DNA of 20,022 bases from Paraphysomonas bandaiensis (Eukaryota; Protista; Chrysophyceae). Location: contig CBFFRP010000537.1 in assembly GCA_965644295.1 (NCBI GenBank), positions 1 to 20,022 on the forward strand, read 5' to 3'. The translations under genes were made by a program, and so were the position numbers. Below, piece by piece: positions 1 through 9,944 of this stretch. Position 1 is the first letter of the stretch, and every line of letters starts with the position of its first letter. Below the pieces are notes generated by a model. That model was not told the origin of the DNA. It made no database searches and saw only the letters and a list, made by a program, of their open reading frames with translations.

Positions 1-52
1 ACACGAACCTGTCTGCCATGAATGTCTGTTATGCTTGATTACATGTACGTAC

Positions 53-1090
53 GTATATATAATGGTTGCGGAAGGAAACCTGTGACTTCAACTCGCCTCA
101 ATAGCGGTGGCGACTGCTATTGGGACAGTGTCGTCATGAAAAGATGTGACCTTCCCAACCTTCATATGTTATACTTGTTTGTTCGGTCACCTGTGATATC
201 CACTCGTGTCAGTAGCGGTGGCGACTGCTATTGGCGCAGGGTTGTCATGAAAAGATGTCGACAGAACTTACTTGTATGTTATACTGTATATATAATGGTT
301 GCGGAAGGAAACCTGTGACTTCAACTCGCCTCAATAGCGGTGGCGACTGCTATTGGGACAGTGTCGTCATGAAAAGATGTGACCTTCCCAACCTTCATAT
401 GTTATACTTGTTTGTTCGGTCACCTGTGATATCCACTCGTGTCAGTAGCGGTGGCGACTGCTATTGGCGCAGGGTTGTCATGAAAAGATGTCGACAGAAC
501 TTACTTGTATGTTATACTGTATATATAATGGTTGCGGAAGGAAACCTGTGACTTCAACTCGCCTCAATAGCGGTGGCGACTGCTATTGGGACAGTGTCGT
601 CATGAAAAGATGTGACCTTCCCAACCTTCATATGTTATACTTGTTTGTTCGGTCACCTGTGATATCCACTCGTGTCAGTAGCGGTGGCGACTGCTATTGG
701 CGCAGGGTTGTCATGAAAAGATGTCGACAGAACTTACTTGTATGTTATACTGTATATATAATGGTTGCGGAAGGAAACCTGTGACTTCAACTCGCCTCAA
801 TAGCGGTGGCGACTGCTATTGGGACAGTGTCGTCATGAAAAGATGTGACCTTCCCAACCTTCATATGTTATACTTGTTTGTTCGGTCACCTGTGATATCC
901 ACTCGTGTCAGTAGCGGTGGCGACTGCTATTGGCGCAGGGTTGTCATGAAAAGATGTCGACAGAACTTACTTGTATGTTATACTGTATATATAATGGTTG
1001 CGGAAGGAAACCTGTGACTTCAACTCGCCTCAATAGCGGTGGCGACTGCTATTGGGACAGTGTCGTCATGAAAAGATGTGACCTTCCCAA
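53..1090. repeat. 233-bp tandem repeat, ~4.45 apparently identical copies; each unit is two diverged subunits (111 + 122 bp)
   Basis: GTATATATAATGGTTGCGGAAGG recurs at 53, 286, 519, 752 and 985 (period 233). Both subunits share CCTGTGA..ACTCG..TAGCGGTGGCGACTGCTATTGG..GTCATGAAAAGATGT. Confidence 0.97.
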
Positions 1091-1275
1091 TCTGCACGTG
1101 TTGCATCCGTGTATTCTGTGCCCATGGTCTTTTGCTTGCAGTAAAATACATATCTATTATAAATATACATTAACTATTGAAATATATTGTACAGATATAT
1201 TTACTATTAGCATGAAAGAACCAGTGCCATGTTGAAGACCTTTATGTCCGCCTGCTGCATGCATTATGTGGTAAG

Positions 1276-3120
1276 AGTGAGATGGTATAGTGTATATAGT
1301 TAGATGGTATAGGGATGTATAGTGAGATAGTATAGTGGCATATATTGAGATGGTATAGTGGTATATATTGATATGGTATAGTGGTATATAGTGATATGGT
1401 ATAGTGGTATATTGTGAGATGGTATAGTGGTATATTGTGATATGGTATAGTGGTATATTGTGAGATGGTATAGTGGTATATTGTGAGATGGTATAGTGGT
1501 ATATTGTGAGATGGTATAGTGGTATATAGTGATATGGTATAGTGTTATATAGTGAGATGGTATAGTGGTATATAGTGGGATGGTATCTGCGTGTATTGTG
1601 AGATGGTACAATGGTTGTATAGTGAGATGGTATAGTGTATATAGTTAGATGGTATATGGGTGAATCGTAATATGGTATAGTGGCATATGGTGAGATGGTA
1701 TAGTGATATGGTATAGTAGTGGTATATAGTGAGATGGTATAGTGGTATATAGTGAGATGGTATAGTGGTGAATAGTAATATGGTGTAGGGATGTATAGTG
1801 AGATGGTATATTAGCATAGTTAGATGGCATAGTGATATATAGTTAGATGGTATAGTGCTATAATATAGTGAGATGGTATAGTGATGTATAGTGAGATAGT
1901 ATAGTGACATATGGTGAGATGGTATAGTGGTATATAGTGAGATGGTATAGTGGTATATAGTTGGATGGTATCTGGGTATATAGTGAGATGGTACAGTGGT
2001 TGTATAGTGAGATGGTATAGTGGTATATTGTGAGATGGTATAGTGGTATATTGTGAGATGGTATAGTGGTATATAGTGATATGGTATAGTGTTATATAGT
2101 GAGATGGTATAGTGGTATATAGTGAGATGGTACAGTGGTTGTATAGTGCGATGGTACAGTGGTTGTATAGTGAGATGGTATAGTGTATATAGTTAGATGG
2201 TATATGGGTGAATCGTAATATGGTATAGTGGCATATGGTGAGATGGTATAGTGATATGGTATAGTAGTGGTATATAGTGAGATGGTATAGTGGTATATAG
2301 TGGGATGGTATAGTGGTGAATAGTAATATGGTGTAGGGATGTATAGTGAGATGGTATATTAGCATAGTTAGATGGCATAGTGATATAATATAGTGAGATG
2401 GTATAGTGATGTATAGTGAGATAGTATAGTGACATATGGTGAGATGGTATAGTGGTATATAGTGAGATGGTATAGTGGTATATAGTGGGATGGTATCTGG
2501 GTGTATAGTGAGATGGTACAGTGGTTGTATAGTGAGATGGTATCTGGATGTATAGTGAGATGGTATAGTGACATATGGTGAGATGGTATCGTGGTATATA
2601 GTGAGATGGTATAGTGGGATGGTATCTGGGTGTGTAGTGATATGGTACAGTGGTTGTATAGTGAGATGGTGTAGTGGTATATAGTGAGATGGTATATTAG
2701 CATAGTTAGATGGCATAGTGATATATAGTTAGATGGTATAGTGGTATAATATAGTGAGATAGTATAGTGGCATATGGTGAGATGGTATAGTGATATATAG
2801 TGATATGGTATAGTAGTGGTATATAGTGAGATGGTATAGTGGTATATAGTGAGATGGTATAGTGGTATATAGTGGGATGGTATAGTGGTGAATAGTAATA
2901 TGGTATCTGGATGTATAGTGAGATGGTATATTAGCATAGTTAGATGGCATAGTGATATATAGTTAGATGGTGCAGTGGTTGTATAGTGAGATGGTATAGT
3001 GGTATATAGTGAGATAGTATAGTGGTATATAGTGAGATGGTATAGTGATGTATAGTGAGATGGTATAGTGGTATAATATAGTGATGTATAGTGAGGTAGT
3101 ATATGGGTGTATAGTGAAAT
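1276..3120. repeat. Strand-asymmetric (C-poor) minisatellite, ~23-bp core GGTATAGTGGTATATAGTGAGAT, with higher-order duplications
   Basis: Continuous GTATAGT/GAGATG variants. The diagnostic variant TGAATCGTAATATGG occurs at 1661 and 2209 (548-bp higher-order offset). Confidence 0.95.
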
Positions 3121-4102
3121 ATAAAAGAATATCTGATTATTACATGAGAACGGTTGCGTACAGAAACTAGTTTTACATCTATAGAATAACTAATAACTCG
3201 ACTTACTATATACTACTATTAGCGGGCTACCGTCTCGGGACTGCTTGTGCATCGCTGCGAGCACCATGGTTCAACCGTCCCTTGCAGTGAGGTTAATCGG
3301 GGGGTCTGCCTTTGGGCAGTGTGTCTGCCGGGCCTGTATCGTGAGTTTTACGGGGGATGGTTGGGGCTAGATGTATATGAGAGTGTAAGTCGGTGGTGTA
3401 GATGGTGCTCGTTGTCGAGGTGGGATTTCGACCACAAGTAAGGAGGAGTTGTTTCCGGAGTGGTGGTGCTTGTCTCTGTCGGGTTCGGACTCTTGCAGCG
3501 GATAGAATTCTTGGGGTGGATGTCGCTAGGAGTAGTTGGAGTATTTTTGGTGTCGGGTGAGTATCCTGCGACGGGCGTTGCTGTGAGTGTGGTGGGGTCG
3601 TAATCGGTGTTACTGATGCCGTGTCTGTGTTGTGATGTCTGAGACCTCTGTTTCGAAGCATGCGGAGCCCTCCACCATATAGGGGAAGGAGGATAGAGGT
3701 TACGGATTTTTCGAGAACGTGGAACTGATGTTCGAGCAGTGAGCTGGATATGTGGCGTCCGAATGCGTCGGTCAATTGTGTGGCAGTAATGTGGCCGGTC
3801 CAGTAGCGCTCAGCCTGGGGTGTGTGTGGATTCCATGCGGCTTTTGCTAGTTTGATTATGGCGGTGTGGAACCAGGGATGGGGGAGCGTGCGTGTGCGAA
3901 GTTTGTCGAACTTGTGGTGTGCTTGGTGAACATCTTCACGTATGTGAGTGAGGTCGGGGTGTGTGCAGGTGAGAAGCATGTGTGCCATGTTGTCGATTGG
4001 GAGTGCACAGTCTGCGCATGCTGAGGCCGTTGTTATGTGATCAGGCCCGGTTTTCCCTTTGGCTTGATTTCTGCCCATCGCGTATGATTTGTCCCATACG
4101 TA
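3121..4102 (-). mobile_element. 5'-truncated non-LTR retrotransposon (3' end of the RT ORF plus 3' UTR) inserted in the minisatellite
   Basis: Flanked by the direct repeat GGTGTATAGTGAAAT at 3106-3120 and 4103-4117. Abrupt composition change. The frame is open from the insertion edge and carries a CCHC knuckle. Confidence 0.85.
3293..4102 (-). pseudogene. C-terminal part of a non-LTR retrotransposon ORF with zinc knuckle (CADC-x8-H-x4-C); RT core absent
   Basis: Translation reads YVWDKSYAMGRNQAKG...CADCALPIDNMAHMLLTC. The frame is open right to the truncation point, so the ATG at 4078 is probably internal. Confidence 0.75.
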
Positions 4103-4492
4103 GGTGTATAGTGAAATGGTATATGGGTGTATAGTGAGATAGTGTAGTGATGTATAGTTAGGTGGTATAGTGGTATACAGTAGATGGTATAGTGGTATAA
4201 TATAGTGGGATGGTATAGTGATGCATAGTAATATGGTATGGGTGTATAGTGAGATGGTATATGGGTGTATAGTGAGATGGTATATGGGTGTATAGTGAGA
4301 TAGTGTAGTGATGTATAGTTAGGTGGTATAGTGGCATACAGTAGATGGTATAGTGGTATAATATAGTGGGATGGTATAGTGATGCATAGTAATATGGTAT
4401 GGGTGTATAGTGAGATGGTATATGGGTGTATAGTGAGATGGTATGTGGGTGTATTCTGAGATGGTGTAGTGGTGTTTAGTGAGATGGTTATA
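4103..4492. repeat. Continuation of the GTATAGT/GAGATG minisatellite after the insertion
   Basis: Same motif. Internal 161-bp duplication (AGTGTAGTGATGTATAGTTAGGTGG at 4141 and 4302). Confidence 0.93.
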
Positions 4493-4679
4493 GTTCATAC
4501 TTGTGAACTGTATGTAATATATATGTGTAGTGGGTGACTTTTATTGCTGTAAAACTGAAGTAATATGGAAGAAATTAGTAAAAAATATTATAAATAATAC
4601 TCTTCACACTGTTATTAACTTCATAGTTACTTATTGTGCATAGTTATACCCTTTTCCGACCATCACCAAAAATTTCACC

Positions 4680-5160
4680 AGGTTTTACATCAAAACCCAG
4701 GTTTTGGTATTACCTCGACTTTTTACACATAGTAACGTAGAACCCGCGGTTTCCGCTGGGTGTTGCTTTATTTAAATCGTGTGTTGCCGCATGTTAGACG
4801 TGATCTGGGAGAAAACTGTGGACTCCGCCCTGCTCTGCTACGTATGTTGCTTCGTGTGTTGCCACGTCCTAACGCGGTCTAGGGAGGAGTTTGACAGCAT
4901 GACTTCCACTACGATCTTGGGGCATTTGTTTGGCTCCAGCGTAGAGCGGTGGAAGGAGGGTAATTTCTGCTTTAAGGAGGGTAGTCCACGCGAATTGAGG
5001 GTGAAATTTTATTGTGCTTCAAAACCGCTTTCCATTTAAGCCTCTCGGTGATAGTTCCTGTCCAGAATCGTTCAACCTGCGGAAGTGAGGTACTCCAGGC
5101 TCTGCTGGTGCGTTTGTTGAGAATGGAGGTACTACAAGGCGGTATTGAATGTGTGAGATT
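4680..5160 (-). mobile_element. Decayed, frameshifted 3' fragment of a related non-LTR retrotransposon (boundaries approximate)
   Basis: Colinear minus-strand peptides FNTAL, AWSTSLPQVERFWTGTITERL, ITLLPPLYAGAKQM and RLTCG match FHTAI, AWNPHTPQAERYWTGHITATQL, SILLPLYGGGLRM and LLTCG of the 3293-4102 ORF. Shared 3' UTR motifs. Confidence 0.8.
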
Positions 5161-6238
5161 GAATTAATCAATATATATGGCGGTGAAAATCTTAATGTTT
5201 CAGACCCCATATCATGACCATCTATCAACAAGCGTTAAGCTACTATAAAACCAATAATTGCCTTTACTATGAAACAAGTGGTTCATTCCTTTTGACCTCG
5301 ATCTACAAGGCTAAGTTCAGCTCGATCCATAGTGTATATGTACTGCACAATACCCTTCTAGTTTTAAGGTATCTATAAGTAGTTTGGCAATCATATTATA
5401 ACCGATCCAGCCTTCGAGATATTTTTATAAGGTAAACGAATTTTATTAATTCCAAAAATGCAATGACAAATGCTAAATATTAGAGTGCTTAGTAGCAAAG
5501 GTTAATAGATTTCGAAAAAGTTTCTATGATTCTCGGCACCGAACAGGCTGCTCTTATTGATGTACATTTTATTTCAATACCTTAATTTAGAAGTTTTTCT
5601 AGTACTAGCCGCCACCTTTTGGTGCAGATGTGGACATAATTAATTATAAAATAGACCCTAAATTATGCTGTTGTAAAAGTCCAAAGCGGATTGGAGGACA
5701 CGCTCAGTTCATTGACCTGAGAAGGCGCAGCTCTAACGTTTTATGTTGGACAGAACTGATGAAAAAGAGAAAAAAAAAGGTGATATGGTGTCGACTCACT
5801 GACGAAAAGACAACAAGCGCATCAAGTACCAACTACGCACGACCAAACCAAAATAAATACTTGAAGACACACACGCAACAATCAATATATATATATATTT
5901 TTTAAAACGGCTTATTATTCTGTTGATGAATCTAAACTCCATGTATCAGCTGTCAATCTAAGAATGATAGTATTAAACATAATATAACCTGATGAGGCTA
6001 TAACTATTCTTAAATCTTTGTTTTATTACGAGGCGGAGCGCCTTCCCGGCGAAAGAGGGATGCCTAAGCGGCACAAGCGCCTCCTTGCCCCCTGTCCGCC
6101 TTTCTGTGTGTGCCACCGCTGTTTATTGGCCTTATTCTCCTACACAAGTAAGGTAGTGTTTGTCTAGCATCCATAGTTTTCCTCTTGCTGAGTCTGGGGT
6201 CATCTCCGGTGATGATACTCGAGTATTTCTTTGCCGTA

Positions 6239-6331
6239 TCTCATGACCATACTGCGAGGGGCATCGACACTCTCAAGTAAATACATGTGTATTTCTTCTT
6301 CCAAATCTGCGTGTATGTACGCAGATTTAAT
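6239..6331 (-). pseudogene. Short relic of Ty1/copia reverse transcriptase
   Basis: IKSAYIHADLEEEIHMYLLESVDAPRSMVMR aligns with FSTAYINADLQEEIYMYPPAGLNVPNGKVLR in the copia pol at 17787-19802. Confidence 0.7.
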
Positions 6332-7026
6332 ATGATGGTGGATAAAACACATACATACCTACATACATAAGTACGTACGTACATGCGTCCATATATTAGG
6401 ATTCATCTTAATATAAGATAGTATATGTGAGTTATAATGTGCAATAAAGTATATATTGTTTTACTATTACTAAGATTGAATCTTCATTTGGTAGCGAGTG
6501 ATAGTTAAAGGTACAAGTTACGATTCAATAGACTTAGATTCGACAAGCGATCAATGCCCCATTCCGATGGCGTGGCCACAGTGTAGGCTCGCTTTTGCTG
6601 TTTACCAGTTGCACAGTTCAGTGCTTCGTAAAAACCTAAAGTTGAAACAGCTAAATAAAGATTGTCGATGAAGTTGTATCCGAGAACATCAGTCATATTA
6701 AAGCCAAGAGCCTAAAATTATCAGTGTTCAGAGGATAGACAGACCTCCACAACACTCTCATATAAACGACAGATGAACGTACATGAGATACTCACAAGAT
6801 AGTTTTATCGAGATAAGGTGCAGTTGGACATCCTGCTTTTTATATCCAGCTGTACAGTAGTTTTCTTGATCTCCTGCATTCGGCATTGAGGAGAAGATTG
6901 TCCCCATATACACAATATACCGGTGTATGATATTCTTGGGTAACAATAATATAATGTAAAAAAACTGGGATTTTCTGCATGGTCGACTATTTCCCACCTT
7001 TGTACCTTCGTACTGCTCTGTATTCT

Positions 7027-8150
7027 AGTATTCGTACGTATAAAATATCAGTCAGGCAGCAAAACATAAACAGATGGTTTCATCAAAAGTATCCGTTGAA
7101 CGAGCTGTTGCATCAGTCCAAATGAATAAATACACACCAATATTTCATTCACAATTGCAATCCAATCTCACAATTACCACAAATAAACTTAAGAATGTCA
7201 ACGTTAATGAGTGTCGATATGAATATTGGTAAGTGTTTCATTGGTGATGCTGTGTGTGGTAACAGTGTTGTTGCAGAGCGGTCCAGCACGAGGCTGCATG
7301 CTCCTCCTGGAGGCAAGACATCCATCTGCTTTGGAGATTATGATGCTTCCACTGATACCAACAGGTCAAAGCCCTTTGTGCAGTCGACGAAGAAGGCTGG
7401 CTCAATGAGCGGCATTCTTTCCCATGATGGACACGACTCTGATGAAGAGAATGAGACAAAAGTCAACAGACGTCCAACTAATTCCAGCCAGATGACCGAA
7501 GCAATGAACTACGAATCACAGAAGCCCCAGACCTCAGTTCGTGTGAGACAGGCTCCTGGAGGACAGTCCTCTCTTGTACTAGGATAGGAACAAAGCGATT
7601 CGATAGATATACACATAATCTGTTGCCTCTCAAAGCCAATAACACTTATATATCGTAATACCCCTCCCCGTATCAGTACTTTGTATTGTTAATAAGTATT
7701 GAAAGAGTTATGTATATTTACGATGTAAATAATAGTAATGAAATTTAACTATTCCGTTGTATCCAAACACCCTGATTCGATAAAGTTTGCTTTGCGTTGA
7801 CACTACGCAGTCACATATCTGCTCACAAATTCAGATCTAACTGGTGCCTCACACAAGAAATTCGGCTGGAATTTAATAGAGCGCTATGCATTGCTTAGTT
7901 TAAAGTGGCATTATACTAAGTCACGCCCTCAGTATGATTCGATATCCTCAGCTACCATTTCTCGATGTTAGACTAGCACTAGCACAAATTTGTCTCAGAA
8001 GTAAAACAATTTTTCGGTTTTGAAGAAGCTTAATTTTTATAGATAGTCATAGTGTGATCTGAAACATAAAGATCTTCACGGCCATATATTGCTTAATTCA
8101 AATTAACACAGCATCGACATCTGATAAAGTTGACGACTTAGCAGAGTATA
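7027..8150 (+). repeat. Segmental duplication copy 1 (partner ~9097-9944)
   Basis: Near identity over ~7057-7798 vs ~9121-9861. A further shared block lies at 8083-8150 vs 9874-9944. Confidence 0.9.
7195..7587 (+). CDS. Small SPIRAL1-like / Jupiter(HN1)-like PGG-motif protein, probably microtubule-associated, copy 1; probable 48-nt intron 7229-7276
   Basis: Two motifs, STRLHAPPGGKTSICFG and TSVRVRQAPGGQSSLVLG, joined by a low-complexity linker. Intron signals GTAAGT...GTAAC...TTGCAG. Confidence 0.8.
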   Translation: MSTLMSVDMNIGKCFIGDAVCGNSVVAERSSTRLHAPPGGKTSICFGDYDASTDTNRSKPFVQSTKKAGSMSGILSHDGHDSDEENETKVNRRPTNSSQMTEAMNYESQKPQTSVRVRQAPGGQSSLVLG

Positions 8151-8287
8151 CGACAAATTAATTTAATTCTCATAAAATAGATTAGAAATATATTAAGTAG
8201 TTATTTATCGATGGAGTCCGCTCTAAGATTTTAGAGTTTCAATCTAGAATAAATTCACTGCGGGTAGCAGGTAGCATAGGTGTCTCA

Positions 8288-8590
8288 TTACCTCTGTCCT
8301 TCCAACATAGCTTTGCGCTCGGCAAATTGCAAAGCAGACTTGATTTGTGCATTATTCGGTTGCAGGTGTAGAGCACGGCCTAGCACTGGACACGCCTCGC
8401 GATACCTTCCCATCGCGTGGAGAGCAAGTCCCTTTCGAAAATTCGACTTGATGTGGTCGGGATCTATTTCTAGTGAAGCATTGGCATCAGCAAAGGCGGT
8501 GGCATGGTCATCTAGCTTCAGAGAACATGCCGAGCGATTGGAGTATACCGTGGCGAGTATATCCCGCCCTTCTGCTTCATCTGCTGCTGC
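8288..8590 (-). pseudogene. Terminal exon encoding TPR motifs (co-chaperone-like TPR domain); no upstream exon identified
   Basis: After an ACAG acceptor the frame reads AAADEAEGRDILATVYSNRSACSLKLDDHATAFADANASLEIDPDHIKSNFRKGLALHAMGRYREACPVLGRALHLQPNNAQIKSALQFAERKAMLEGQR*. An in-frame TAA lies just upstream. Not in the ORF track. Confidence 0.75.
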
Positions 8591-9096
8591 CTGTCTGAAT
8601 TATATTCTTTATATGTACTATATAACAGATCTTTATATATTTAAGTCGCAGGAAGTCTAAGTTGAGCATATGCAGATATCAAATGTGAGATAACAAGCAC
8701 CTACTATGGTGCTCTCGTACTATTTACAGCAATATTATATACCTCCATAGATCATATAACAACATATCATGCGTACATAATAATAAGACATTAGAGTCTA
8801 TGTGAAAACTAGTATGGGTTAGCAGTCATGAGAGAAGAAGAGCTATGTATATAGGTATAAAGAAAGAAGCTATCAAGGTTATCACAATAGAACTTAGGCT
8901 GACCTTAAAGCCGAGGCCCATAAAATAAAAGAAATCTAGGCAGATCCATGCAGGAGGGTACAATGAGTAGATACATAGAATTTTCTTCAGATGGACCAGA
9001 TCCCCAGATATTCCCATTTCAAGACACCACAAAATCGGAAATATATCGTTTTTTAAGAACATAATCAAGAAATTACCTTAGTTTTGTCGTTCACTC

Positions 9097-9944
9097 AGTA
9101 TTTGTACGTATTTAAAATGTCAGCAAAAAATAAACAGATGGTTTCATCAAAAGTATCCGTTGAACGAGCTGTTGCATCAGTCCAAATGAATAAATACACA
9201 CCAATATTTCATTCACAATTGCAATCCAATCTCACAATTACCACAAATAAACTTAAGAATGTCAACGTTAATGAGTGTCGATATGAATATTGGTAAGTGT
9301 TTCATTGGTGATGCTGTGTGTGGTAACAGTGTTGTTGCAGAGCGGTCAAGCACGAGGCTGCATGCTCCTCCTGGAGGCAAGACATCCATCTGCTTCGGAG
9401 ATTATGATGCTTCCACTGATACCAACAGGTCAAAGCCCTTTGTGCAGTCGACGAAGAAGACTGGCTCAATGAGCGGCATTCTTTCCCATGATGGACACGA
9501 CTCTGATGAAGAGAATGAGACAAAAGTCAACAGACGTCCAACTAATTCCAGCCAGATGTCCGAAGCAATGAACTACGAATCACAGAAGCCCCAGACCTCA
9601 GTTCGTGTGAGACAGGCTCCTGGAGGACAGTCCTCTCTTGTACTAGGATAGGAACAAAGCGATTCGATAGATATACACATAATCTGTTGCCTCTCAAAGC
9701 CAATAACACTTATATATCGTAATACCCCTCCCCGTATCAGTACTTTGTATTGTTAATAAGTATTGAAAGAGTTATGTATATTTACGATGTAAATAATAGT
9801 AATGAATTTAACTATTCCGTTGTATCCAAACACCCTGGTTTGATAAAGTTTGCTTTGCGTTTAATTGATTAATCATATATTGATTAATTCAAACTAACAC
9901 AACATCGACATCTGGTAAGCAAAGTTGACGACTTAGCAGAGTAT
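9097..9944 (+). repeat. Segmental duplication copy 2
   Basis: Offset 2064 from copy 1 over the gene. Lacks the ~285-bp block 7799-8082. Confidence 0.9.
9259..9651 (+). CDS. SPIRAL1-like / Jupiter-like PGG-motif protein, copy 2; probable intron 9293-9340
   Basis: Differs from copy 1 by four substitutions that I could see (two synonymous, plus A>T and T>S). Confidence 0.8.
   Translation: MSTLMSVDMNIGKCFIGDAVCGNSVVAERSSTRLHAPPGGKTSICFGDYDASTDTNRSKPFVQSTKKTGSMSGILSHDGHDSDEENETKVNRRPTNSSQMSEAMNYESQKPQTSVRVRQAPGGQSSLVLG

Noticed and set aside
53-1090. CRISPR array, hammerhead ribozyme or SECIS interpretation
   Set aside because: Spacers are not unique and there are no cas genes. CCTGTGA lacks A6 of the CUGANGA core and no stem II closes before GAAA. 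A GUGA/UGAA quartet would not be followed by a proper SECIS helix II or AA loop.
22-1235. Five repeated ~100-aa ORFs (SGGDCYW..VVMKRC)
   Set aside because: They are products of the 233-bp repeat. The period is not a multiple of 3, starts are non-ATG, and no splicing I tried restored a continuous frame.
1300-2950. His/Tyr/Thr/Ile-rich ORFs on the minus strand
   Set aside because: They are open in several frames simply because the minisatellite strand has few stop codons.
8280-8660. 126-aa + strand ORF
   Set aside because: Antisense shadow of the TPR exon.
8826-9068. Hydrophobic 80-aa ORF
   Set aside because: No recognisable motif, non-ATG start and AT-rich sequence; insufficient support.
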